From: Macrostomum lignano
Lineage: Eukaryota
NCBI GenBank assembly: GCA_002269645.1
Contig: NIVC01002535.1
Coordinates: 1 to 42,251 of the forward strand
Length of the DNA: 42,251 bases
Direction: 5' to 3'
In this document: positions 11,031-22,851 of the stretch, in pieces
Layout of the letters: the number at the start of each line of letters is the position of its first letter
How positions within the stretch are numbered: position 1 is the first letter of the stretch
The notes under the pieces: generated by a model
The model's input: only the letters and a program-made list of their open reading frames with translations
Database searches by the model: none
Told to the model about the DNA's origin: nothing
Program-made: the position numbers and the translations under genes

Positions 11031-12386
11031 AAACCCCAACTCTCAATCACATCACCAACTTTGTGCTAACTAGGAAAAGCCAAATTCGAGCTTCACTTAT
11101 TTATCTCGTAAATTGAAATTATTGCGCTTATGAGCTACCAGTGTTCCTAGGTGTGCCATCAGATGCACTGCAATACATGCAAACCAATTTGATCTGTTGG
11201 CTCTTCTAATTAACCTTTGCTTGTTTCCCTTGCTTTATTTTGCATAGCCAGTGGCAATTAATTATGAGCAAATTTGTTATACTGATAAATGTAGTAAACT
11301 AGACACATCAGTATGTGTCATTTCAAGGTCAATTTCTATCCAAAAAGTGGTGAATTTTAATAATGGTTAAATTTATTTAAATTGTACGAGTAGTTTTGGT
11401 AGAAAAGAACAATACAACACTTAAAATATAGGTCAACCTCAGAAGTTGGATTAGAGGGGTTGAATAATTATTTAATAATTAATTGAATTAATTATATAAT
11501 AATAATGTAAACGACCAGTTTAATACAAGTGCCGATATAGTTTCTTTATTTAAGAAAGCACACGATAAAATAGCATATATTATGTTAATGAGTCAGTCTG
11601 TAATTACTCGAGAAAACAGCTTTGTCAGTTGTAAAAAAGCAATTGTTTAGGCGCCAGGACTAGAGAGTAAAATTTTTAAACAAGCTTTCGGTTTTGAATC
11701 CAGATCCAGACAGTCGTGCATGGGCGCAGAAATTGAAAAAAATTAAAGCACAAATCTTGCTACTTACTTAGTAGTTAGCATGATTTTAGTATACATTTTA
11801 TGATATATATGTGTAAATCTAAAAAAACTATATTAGTACATGGGTAGCAATGACTAGAGCAAATGTATGCGTATGAACAAAAATAAACCACAGCAACTGT
11901 TAAGAGTTCGAAAGGCTCTGCAAAAATTAATTGTTTCATAAGTGGTTATCCAACTCTAATTACAGAAAAGCACGCAGCCAACATGGAAATTTATCATTGC
12001 ACAACAAAAAGCACAGCCAACACAAAATTGCACTATCTTATTCTTTTAATCGAGTCCCAAATAAATTCTGCTTCCGCAACAGAGTTGAAAAAATCCAAGC
12101 AAAAGTTTAGTAAAATTACACGCACAAGCCAAAACCATAATGCAATACTTTATCAATCTGTTATCGTAATCGCGGTTACCTAGGAGACAAAGAAAAACTC
12201 TAATTGGGAGAACAAAAAGTTGGTTTCTTGGAAATCCGTGGAATTTTATTAAACGGAACAAATGGGAAAATTTTAATCGATAAAAATGTAATACTCAACA
12301 AGCGCAATATGCTACATACGCTACTTGTGCAGTAGTAAAGTTAGTGGCATGTCTACTTCTCTCGGTATTTGAATAGCCATTGCCGA

Positions 12387-15300
12387 TCAGGGCTTGTGAA
12401 AGCGCGTGAATCGTTTGCTTTCCTCGTGCACCGGCATCTCGTTTGCTTTGAAGTCATTCAGCTCCTTCCGAATGCGGGCCTGCGGGGTGCAGATTATCAA
12501 GTGTGAAAGAAGCAGGTCTGAGATGAGATTATCGAGTAAGAAACATACAGGTGTGAGATGAGATTATCAAGTGTGAAACAGGCAGGTTTGAGATGAGATT
12601 ATCAAGTGAGAAACAAGCAGGTGTGAGATGAGATTATCGAGTAAGAAACAGACAGGTGTGAGATGAGATTATCAAGTGTGAAACAGGCAGGTTTGAGATG
12701 AGATTATCAAGTGAGAAACAAGCAGGTGTGAGATGAGATTATCGAGTAAGAAACAGACAGGTGTGAGATGAGATTATCAAGTGTGAAACAGGCAGGTTTG
12801 AGATGAGATTATCAAGTGTGAAACAGGCAGGTGAGATGAGATTATCAAGTGAGAAACAAGCAGGTGTGAGATGCGATTATCAGGTGAGAAACAAACAGGT
12901 TAGATGAGATTATCAGGTGAGAAACAGGCAGGTGAGATGAGATTATCAAGCGAGAAACAAACAGGTGAGATGAAATTATCAATTGAGAAACAGGCAGGTG
13001 AGATGAGATTATCAGGTGAGAAACAGGCAGGTGAGATGAGATTATCAAGTGAGACACAGCACGTGAGATGAGATTATCAGGTGAGAAACAGGCAGGTGAG
13101 ATGAGATTATCAAGTGTGAAACAGGCAGGTGAGATGAGATTATCAAGTGAGAAACAAGCAGGTGTGAGATGCGATTATCAGGTGAGAAACAAACAGGTTA
13201 GATGAGATTATCAGGTGAGAAACAGGCAGGTGAGATGAGATTATCAAGCGAGAAACAAACAGGTGAGATGAAATTATCAAGTGAGAAACAGGCAGGTGAG
13301 ATGAGATTATCAGGTGAGAAACAGGCAGGTGAGATGAGATTATCAAGTGAGACACAGCACGTGAGATGAGACAGTCCAGAGCAGACAGTACAAACCTTGT
13401 CAGTGCCCGACAGCCGGGTCCACGGCTTGTCAATGACTCTGTCGTACTCCTCAGTATTGGTAACCTCAACGTAGTCGTTAAACCTTATGATTCGTTTCTC
13501 GCGCAACTCCTGCACAGTCGGCCTGAAGCTCAGCTTTCTAGTTAGAAATCGGATCTTCTGCTGCTTCTCAGTCTCCAACGCCGCCTCGGACTTGTCGTGC
13601 AGAATATTGCGGTCCTGCAGGTCAGTCGGACTCGGCCGCAGGCTCAACCGCCGCTCCAAAGCGTTGCCAATCTTCGTGCGCTCCTCTTTCCTCTGATCTG
13701 ACGGCACCCGACGCAGCGACAGGGTCTGCTGGCGCTCCCGCTGTTTGTTTTCTAAGAAACGAGCCATCGAATCGCGTCGACGAACTCTGGCGGCCAGGTC
13801 TGATGATGCTGCGGCGTCTCTGCGTTCGGGCAGCCCCTCCTCCTCCTCGTCTGAGGTCGGCGGCGTCGGTGGCCGGTGCCTCACGGTGACGGGCCGCGCG
13901 GGGCCGCCGCCGCCGGGTCGCCTGATGATGCCGCGGGCGGGCCGGCAGCTGGGGTCGGCCGGCTCCTTGGCTGGCACCCGTTCGTAGCGGCCGACAACTG
14001 CTGCGGGGACAGCGGCAGCAGTTGGTGGCAGCGCTGGCTGAGACTGCCGAGGTGACGCCGGGGAAGCCGCCGCCGCCGCTGCCGGCTTCGACGCTTCGTC
14101 CTCGTTGGGTACATCGTCGTAGAATCGATCGCCGCTACCCGGATCGACGTTTGCATCGGCATCCGTCGTGTCGACGGCGACGGCGGCGACGACTGTTGAA
14201 TCGGATTTCGTTTCCGGCGCTTTTGTCGCGGGAGGCGACGGTGAAGGCCTGATTCGAGACGCGAGTTCGGCTTGTAGATTGGCAGTGGCAGAAACTGCTG
14301 ATGCTGCTTCTGCTTTTGCTGCTGCAGCTGACGAAACAGTTGGAGAGAAGGTTTGGAAACACTGAGCCAGGTTCATTCTTGTTACTTGCAGTCCCCAGGG
14401 ATTTCAGTTTTTACAGATCCTTCTTGATCCCAGATCCTTCTTGATCCCAAATCCTTCTTGATCCCAGATGCTTCTTGATCCCAGATGCTTCTTGATCCCA
14501 GATGCTTCTTGATCCCAGATGCTTCTTGATCCCAGATGCTTCTTGATCCCAGATCCTTCTTGATCCCAGATCCTTCTTGATCCCAGATGCTTCTTGATCC
14601 CAGATCCTTCTTGATCCCAGATCCTTCTTGATCCCAGATCCTTCTTGATCCCAGATCCTTCTTGATCCCAGATCCTTCTTAATCCCAGATCCTTCTTGAT
14701 CCCAGATCCTTCTTGATCCCAGATCCTTCTTGATCCCAGATCCTTCTTGATCCCAGATCCTTCTTGATCCCAGATCCTTCTTGATCCCAAATCCTTCTTG
14801 ATCCCAGATCCTTTTTGATCCCAAATCCTTCTTGATCCCAGATCCTTCTTGATCCCAGATCCTTCTTGATCCCAGATCCTTCTTGATCCCAGATCCTTCT
14901 TGATCCCAGATCCTTCTTGATCCCAGATCCTTCTTGATCCCAAATCCTCTCACCAGTTCCCGTAGTTCGAGGCTTAGGTGGCGGCAGTGGCGGCAAGACG
15001 GCCACGCCGCCAAAGGCTTTTGCCGGATGTTGCAGCACCGGCTGCTTTGGCACAGGCTCTGAAAGCAGAATTTAACAGCCCAACAGTTACAAAAAGGTTG
15101 AAATCTTTGTTAGTAAATTGGACTCAGAAAAAGCAAAAAATTGAAAACAAACCTGTCTGCGACATATCTATTTGCTCACTTATAGCCTGCTGCTGCTGCA
15201 GCTTCGTGGCCGTATCAGGCGTAGAAGTTGCAGATTCTGCTAAATTATCAGAAGCAATCCCGTCTGCTTCTGTCTGGCCTCCACTGGGCCGCTCGGAGTC

Positions 15301-18300
15301 TGCAGAATCTGTGCCGACAGGGTTCGCTGCCGCTGTTGCTTCTTCTGGCACAAAAATTAACAGATGATTTACTACTTCGATTAGCAGTTCAAACAGCTGA
15401 TGAATTAGTAGATATTAATTGAAACCAGTAAACCATATAAAGCTGTTGGTGGGAAGCGGCGAAACGGTTCCGAACGGATAAACCATATTTACATTTGGAG
15501 TAGATGCATGGAAATTTTACTTACAAGAGCTTCAAATCAGATCAGAATGTACTTAAAGAGAGCATTATTAAGCAACAATGCAGATGCTGAGTTCGGACTC
15601 GTCAGTGCCAGGGCACGAGTATGCGTTGGTTTTATATTTTTATCAACTATCCAAAACCTTGCAAAAATAGTTTGTGATAACATTTAGTGTAAAATTATAC
15701 AGATCTTTGGTTACGGTGTCAGCTATGGGATTGGGTCAGGGTCGTGTGTCAGCTATGGGATTGGGTCAGGGTCGTGTGTCAGCTATGGGATTGGGTCAGG
15801 GTCATGTGTCAGCTATGGGATTGGGTCAGGGTCATGTGTCAGCTGTGTCAGCTATGGGATTGGGTCAGGGTCGTGTGTCAGTCATGAGATTGGGTCAGGG
15901 TCGTGTGTCAGTCATGAGATTGGGTCAGGGTCGTGTGTCAGTCGTGAGATTGGGTCAGGGTCGTGTGTCAGTCGTGAGATTGGGTCAGGGTCGTGTGTCA
16001 GTCGTGAGATTGGGTCAGGGTCGTGTGTCAGTCGTGAGATTGGGTCAGCCATGGGATTGGGTCATGTCACAAGAATCATGGGATTGGGTCATAAAGTCAC
16101 AAGAATCATGGGATTGGGTCATGAAGCCACAAGAATCATGGGATTGGGTCATGAAGTCACAAGAACCATGGGATTGGGTCATGAAGTCACAAGAATCATG
16201 GGATTGGGTCATGAAGTCACAAGAACCATGGGATTGGGTCATGAAGTCACAAGAATCATGGGATTGGGTCATGAAGTCACAAGAATCATGGGATTGGGTC
16301 ATGAAGTCACAAGAACCATGGGATTGGGTCATGAAGTCACAAGAATCATGGGATTGGGTCATGAAGTCACAAGAACCATGGGATTGGGTCATGAAGTCAC
16401 AAGAATCATGGGATTGGGTCATGAAGTCACAAGAATCATGGGATTGGGTTATGAAGTCACAAGAATCATGGGATTGGGTCATAAAGTCACAAGAACCATG
16501 GCATTGGGTCATGAAGTCACAAGAATCATGGGATTGGGTCATGAAGTCACAAGAATCATGGGATTGGGTCATGAAGTCACAAGAATCATGGGATTGGGTC
16601 ATGAAGTCACAAGAATCATGGGATTGGGTCATGAAGTCACAAGAATCATGGGATTGGGTCATGAAGTCACAAGAATCATGGGATTGGGTCATGAAGTCAC
16701 AAGAATCATGGGATTGGGTCATGAAGTCACAAGAATCATGGGATTGGGTCATGAAGTCACAAGAATCATGGGATTGGGTCATGAAGTCACAAGAATCATG
16801 GGATTGGGTCATGAAGTCACAAGAATCATGGGATTGGGTCATGAAGTCACAAGAATCATGGGATTGGGCCATGAAGTCACAAGAACTATGGGATTGGGTC
16901 ATGAAGTCACAAGAACCATGGGATTGGGTGTCAGACATGGGTTTGGGGCAAAGCAAATTAGCTATAGACCCGACAAAGGTGCCAAAGCAAATCAGTAAAA
17001 CTTTGTTGCAAATCTTGCTTTTCTATAACGAATCACATACATGTATATAAAGACTTGAATACTACTAAACAGCCAAACCCAGTAGGCATAAGGTGTTTAT
17101 AACGAATAAATAAACAATACTAGCGAATTATCATTAACATACCGACATCAAGATTCAGCAGCTGTTCGAAACTTTTGGCCTTGGCCAGGCTTGGGAAAAG
17201 ATTTCTGAAGAATTTCAGCATTAGCCACTAAGAGCTGGATTGATAGCTATTTGAGCATTTCTGCTTTGGGAATCTTTCCTTTGGAGGTGCTTTACTAAAT
17301 AAAAATCACATTATAATGCTTGAGGCGAAATGAAAGCGAAATGTGGAGGAGGCAGAGCTACAGAATTTGGGTGAATAATACTTATATGGGGATTGTGGGT
17401 GGATTCGTTAAGGAGGGAACTCCAGCGATTCAAGATCAATATAAAACGGACAGGGGGGGTTTAGGGCTGGGGTTGAGAAAATAATCCAAAGGTATATAAA
17501 ACTAAGGATTTGCTCAAGAGCAGAGAGAGAAGAGAGAAATAGAGAGCAAGGGAAGACATCTAGGTAAAGGTGGGTGAGTGGGTGGGTGTTCGGTATTTTA
17601 CAATGTACTCTTGCACCATTTCGCTATGCATGCGGCAGTACAGATTTTGCCTATGAAAAAGGCTGTTGTGTTCAGATCGGGCATAGGGTAAGAAGCAGGG
17701 CAGCATTGCACAGATAACACGTGTGCCGAGGCGCCGATCATAATGTAGCATAAACGTAGCTCTGTCCTACAGTAGTACGGGTCTCTTCTCTGGCTATATC
17801 GATCTGTCCCGGTAGCAAACCCCACCCACGTGTGCGCGAACAGGGACAGGACAGCTGAGACAACGGAAATGTATGTATCTGTGTTGCGTGTGCGTGGGTA
17901 TCTTCATACAGAATCAGAGTACAGAAAGTGAAGTAGAGAATTGAGCTGGTGAGACGGCTATTATCCACCCACTAATTATCCATCGAATCTAGGAATGGTA
18001 ACGAGTCAAGAAATTCAAAATTAAGTGTAAAATGCCAACATCTATCATTTACACTCACACGCGCAACAATCAGCGCTGTCTGCTACTTCAAGTAGAACCA
18101 ATGCTTTAATTATGCGCAATTAAATAATAGAAAAAACTCTTAATATACTACTTACAGGGGGGTTAGAAAGATAGACGATCCGGGCCAGGATTGCATGTTA
18201 GCCAAGGAATGGGATGTGGGATATTGTGCGCATTTTCATAGCTGGCCTCAGTTCAAAATAACAGCATATGTCCCCCGACTGGAGTTGGATTGTGTGTCGT

Positions 18301-19599
18301 ATACAGAATTACCAATTGCATCAGGCAGAAACTGCTTATTATAAACTTTATTTAAAACAAATCGCGCAACAATCAGCTTTCTCTGCTACTTAAAGTAGAA
18401 GAAATAGTTTACTTCCAAGCACAATTAAGTCAAATAGAAAATGCCAAACTGCCAAACTGGGATGGGAAAACAGACGATGTGGGTGGAACCGAAATAAAGA
18501 TGATTTGAGGGCGTGGCCATTGGATGTCATTATCGGGTTACAGTTGCCAATGGGAATTGGGAAAGATCAGACTGATTCCAGAGGAGTGTGAAATCCGATC
18601 TAATCAGGCACGATGAACTCACTCACCGCAGGGGGCCTCACCGGGTGGATCTTTGTCCCGTCGTTTGCGCCATTTCCATGGCTTGAATAATCGGCCAAGA
18701 CTGGCTAAACGGCTGCTGCTGGCCCGAGTTTTGGCTGGCAAAGCTTGCAATGGCAGAGGCTGCTGCTGTTGAGCTGCTGCAGCGCTGATCGCGTGCACAG
18801 AGCAGCTGCGGGTGTTCCTGCCTGATGAAAATGGGTAATCGGTGAGAGTAACATTGCACTCTTTAATAGGCATGATGCTTCGTCATATTGAAAGTTGTTA
18901 CACTAATTTTCTTATTGTAACTTTTTGAATTTGCCATATGTTCTTTAGCCGAGACCTGCACTAATCTATTTACTATCTATGAAATAAATTTATTCTAATG
19001 AAGTGTCAATTTCACTAGAATTATCAGCGATGCAATTTTAAACTTATATGGGTGAATCCCAAGTGTATATACTTTTTATAACTACCAATATTATTTTTTA
19101 TTATTAAACATAATCTAAAAACAGTCAAATTCAAACAACTTCAAACATTAATTGCAAAATATCTTTTTTAATACTTCAAGTCCTCCTATGACAAATGTTC
19201 TAAATATGTAAAAACTAGACTCATGATTTAATGCATACCCACCTATCTACCAAAAACAACAAATTTTTAGTATTATATATTACCTTTTTGCATGTAGATT
19301 TTTTTGGAAATTTTTTTCCAATTTTTTGGAAAATATTTGAAAACAAAACTATAATTATAAAACTTACCTGTATCTTGATTAGATGTTGGAGCATATTCAT
19401 TTGGCCTTGAAGCTCTATCTAGTTTATCATCAGATATATATAAGCCATTACTACTATAGGGTTCATTGGATTCCTCTATTAACTCTTTACTGCAATTTTC
19501 AACTGTTTCTCTTTTTTCACTATCACCTACATTGATGGAGTTCAATACTGATTCTTTTATTTTCAATGAATTCAGGGGAACACTTGTGCTTCTTTGCAT
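12387..19599 (-). CDS. PHACTR: Phosphatase and actin regulator; exons 19599-19368 (less certain), 18821-18627, 15344-15153, 15058-14954, 14327-13396, 12479-12387 (~582 aa)
   Basis: N-terminal LGRLFKPWKWRKR motif; RPEL repeats ERRLSLRPSPTDLQDRNIL and TRKLSFRPTVQELREKRII; RFNDYVEV...YDR..DKPWTRL; terminal ARIRKELNDFKANEMPVHEESKRFTRFHKP. All junctions are GT-AG and phase-compatible. Confidence 0.92.
12490..13372. repeat. ~33-34-bp minisatellite (GAGATGAGATTATCAAGTGAGAAACAGGCAGGT) filling the last PHACTR intron
   Basis: Read directly. Confidence 0.95.
14415..14948. repeat. 17-bp minisatellite GATCCCAGATCCTTCTT (~31 units) in a PHACTR intron
   Basis: Read directly. Confidence 0.97.
15716..16930. 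repeat. Composite 30-bp array: GTCAGCTATGGGATTGGGTCAGGGTCGTGT-type (to ~16047), then ATGGGATTGGGTCATGAAGTCACAAGAATC-type
   Basis: Read directly; in a PHACTR intron. Confidence 0.97.
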
Positions 19600-21236
19600 T
19601 ATTGATTATCAATGTTCAATATAGCAATTGTCAAAATATGGGTTTATGTCTATGACATTTGCATTAGCTTAATTCCAATAGAATGAAAAATAAGAAACCT
19701 TCTGCTAAAGCCCATCCAACAAACTTAAATTCTTTGTTCCTGTTTTGCTTTTAAGAAGTTTAAGAATCAGTTTGAATGAAGAACTTAAAGCTTATCATAT
19801 AGAGACAACTGAAACCAGGTCCAGATTACTAATGACAGAAAAAATACAACTCTACAGGATTCGCAATGAATACGAGATTAAGAATAAATATGACAGAACA
19901 CAAAACTTTAGTTGACTAGTAATAAATGTATCAGGTATAAAATAAATGCAACGAAAATCTAGGCGAAATAAATTAAATGATTGCGTAGAATCGACTTTTA
20001 AGTATAATTTTCGTAGTTTTATTCACGCCTACTGATTGTTGATAGTCTAAGCCCGTCCGCACTAATCTAATCAATGTCTTGGAAAAAAATTGTGCGATAA
20101 TTAGTCGAAATTAAAATATGAAAAGTCTTTAAAAATTAAAAAAACTGCTACCTACTGAAACATATCCTAAGTAATTATATAAACTTCTAACAATTAAATT
20201 GAAAGTTTTTTTTTTAAACTAAAAACTAATGCGTATGCTGTGTTATAACGGTACGAATTTTTAATGCTCGAATTTTACAAGAAACGAAATATAGCTATTA
20301 CCTATTACCTAATTACCTACCTAAGTAATTTGCAACACATATTATCCTAATTTTTTGTTGCATAAATGCATTTTTTAGCTCAATTGCAAAACGCATTGCA
20401 TTTTTTCTCCAAGTTTTCCATCTTAAGTATTAGTCCTTTGCCTATTAAAGTAGTACCTAGTAGAATGATGCTGTATGCAATGCAATATATGCAACTTTGG
20501 TAATGGTACTAACTAGTACTAGGCCTAGTAGTCCATATTAAAAAATGTGTGATTTATGCAATTGGCTAATTGCCACACTTTACAGATAGACCTCTTTGAC
20601 AGCACAGTGTAACATGGCAAAAGGGAAAATGTATAGTTTGTACTTGTTGGAGTGCCTGGAACACTTACATCGTATATGCCCTAGCTAGAAGTTTCAAAGG
20701 AGCTTTAGCATTTATAGTGTGTAATAGCATTATAGGCATAGATCATTGATCGTTGTAGCTTATAATAGAAACTTAAATAGGTCCCAGTATAGCTGAGAGC
20801 ATGAGTGGCAAGTGCCACTAAGTATATAAAACAAGCTAATATTCATAGACTCATATATGACACATTGTGACTGAAGTATTTATGCATATTGGCCAATTCA
20901 ATTGCCACATTCGAAAATTTATTCGAATAGGCATAGTAATGGCATTCTATTTTAATAAAGAACTAAATTAATAAAGATAAAGTAAGACATAAAATATACT
21001 TTTATTTTACTGGAATAGTAGATATATTATGAAAGTGATTGACTTTAGCAGTGTTTATTTGATAGCTTATATAATAGTGCATTGTTATCATTATAAAGAA
21101 TAATTACTTTGACATGTTTTTTTTGCATTTAGGCCTAGTTTTTTATAGAATATAGCACAGACTTATAATTACAATTGTTCTAGGTCTAACTTCTGTCTTA
21201 CTAAGATTCTACTTTTTGTCACCAAGCATACATGTG

Positions 21237-21384
21237 TAACCTAGGGATTCACCTAGCTGTTTCTATTGGCAACATATACATATAAGTCGCTATTGGCTAA
21301 GAGTAGTCATGTGACTACTATTCCATCCAATAGCAACTTACATGTGTGTTGCCAATAGAAATGGCTGGGTGAATCCCTGGGTTG
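21237..21384. other. ~148-bp imperfect palindrome (foldback element), copy 1
   Basis: Arms GGGATTCACC..TTTCTATTGGCAACA..TAAGT.GCTATTGG pair with CCAATAGC.ACTTA..TGTTGCCAATAGAAA..GGTGAATCCC; centre AGTAGTCA-TG-TGACTACT. Confidence 0.85.
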
Positions 21385-22334
21385 CGCCCAAGCATGTCAC
21401 TATCACCAAATTGTTCTAGTGCTAATTTCTGCTTTCTAAGAAAATATCTTAATTCACTTGATTTCTTGGAAAACTAATGGTAGCTATGAGTGCCTGAGTG
21501 GTAGGACTACTAAATTTAAAACAAGTCTGAAATTATTGCATTTTCCAGGGATCAAAGGTTTCTAATATCAGCCATTAATCTACTAACACCTTCATAGTTT
21601 TTTGTTAATGCTAATGCCTAATGTCTAATGTTTACTAACCTACTGTCTAATCACCTGATCCTAGTGCCTAATTTTAGCCTTCACAGCTTGATTTCCTAGT
21701 TTAAGCATTTATGGCTTGATATTTACTAAGCTTTTCTAGCTTTCTCTGGGGCTTTTACAGCTTTTCCCTGAGCCTTTACAGCCCTTTGCCCTGAACATTT
21801 CTTAGGGTCTTTATAATCTTGCTTGACTAAAAGAATTAAAACTTCAGGGAAAACTTGAATTTAAAGCCTATTTGGATGGCTAATTGGCAACTGCAACTTT
21901 GGAGCATAAAAGTTAGAATGGTTCTCCAGAAGCCAAAAGTTAGAGTTTATTTCTTCTATAGGTGTCACTGCTTATATAGTACCCATAAAATCAAGTGAAA
22001 TATCCTTGGTTGGGCAAAGTTGATCAACTTTAACAAATTTTTTCATTGGTTTAAAACAAAATTTTAGAAAATTGCTCATTGTTGCAAGAATTATATGAAA
22101 TTTTGTCAACTGTACACTACTAAAAGTAAGCAAAGACAAGAATGTTTTAAGAATTAATTTTTCCCTTTATCACAATTATCCAATAGCCTTAATAAGACAT
22201 GACATAAAAACCAATCAACAGATGGCGAGGGAGCCAATTATAACAGACCAAAAGTCTTAGACCCTCTGTCCTGAGCTGCTGCATGAACTCAAGCTGTAGG
22301 GATCATGCAGGCAAGGCCAAGGGCGAATGGCGAG

Positions 22335-22445
22335 ATTCTCTTCTGTCCCATTTTCTCTCCTCTCTCCCCTCTCCTCCCCTCTCCCCTCTTTTTTTCCCCT
22401 TCTCTCTCTTTTCTCCCTCCCTCCTCTCTCCCTTCTCTCCTTTCC
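22335..22445. repeat. CT-rich low-complexity tract (paralogue at ~31628-31740)
   Basis: Read directly. Confidence 0.8.
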
Positions 22446-22851
22446 TGACATGTTTTCTTTAATTCTTTTCTTACTATTCAAGATCTTCTGTGAGGGCCAT
22501 GGCCTACTTATCAAGGATTGGTTTCCAAGAAGGCCCTCCTTTGCAATCTAGCCTTCTTTGATAGTGGCAAATGCTGGATGGCTTCCCCATTGGCTTCATT
22601 CATCCTAACTTAAGCCCCCACCATCTCAATCATAAATGTACATGTAGTGCAAAACTGTTGTTTGAGTTTGAGTTTGAGTTGTATCATAAAATCGTCAACC
22701 ACTATATATACAATTTAATTGCTTTTCTTAAAATTTCAGCATTTAGCATTGTGAAACAATAGTTAATCGATTATTTTTGCATATTGACAACCTAAATAAA
22801 ATGTTTGTTACTTTGTATTAACTATACTTTTTCAGTGTTGCCATAGGTGCC

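Noticed and set aside
10607-11069. SR-like (SPSRNHSRS) and hydrophobic ORFs
   Set aside because: Stop-free hexamer repeat is open in most frames; no supporting gene structure
14404-17050. Long repetitive ORFs (GSRRIWDQE, WDWVMKSQES, MGLGHEVTRI)
   Set aside because: Translations of intronic 17- and 30-bp satellites inside PHACTR
17560-17968. Three short minus-strand ORFs in the PHACTR intron
   Set aside because: No recognisable domain (no RPEL) and no convincing splice-site pair
18058-18445. Diverged ~80-bp direct repeat (GCGCAACAATCAGC...CTGCTACTT.AAGTAGAA at ~18061 and ~18364)
   Set aside because: Old local duplication with no TIR, TSD or coding signal; nothing further supportable
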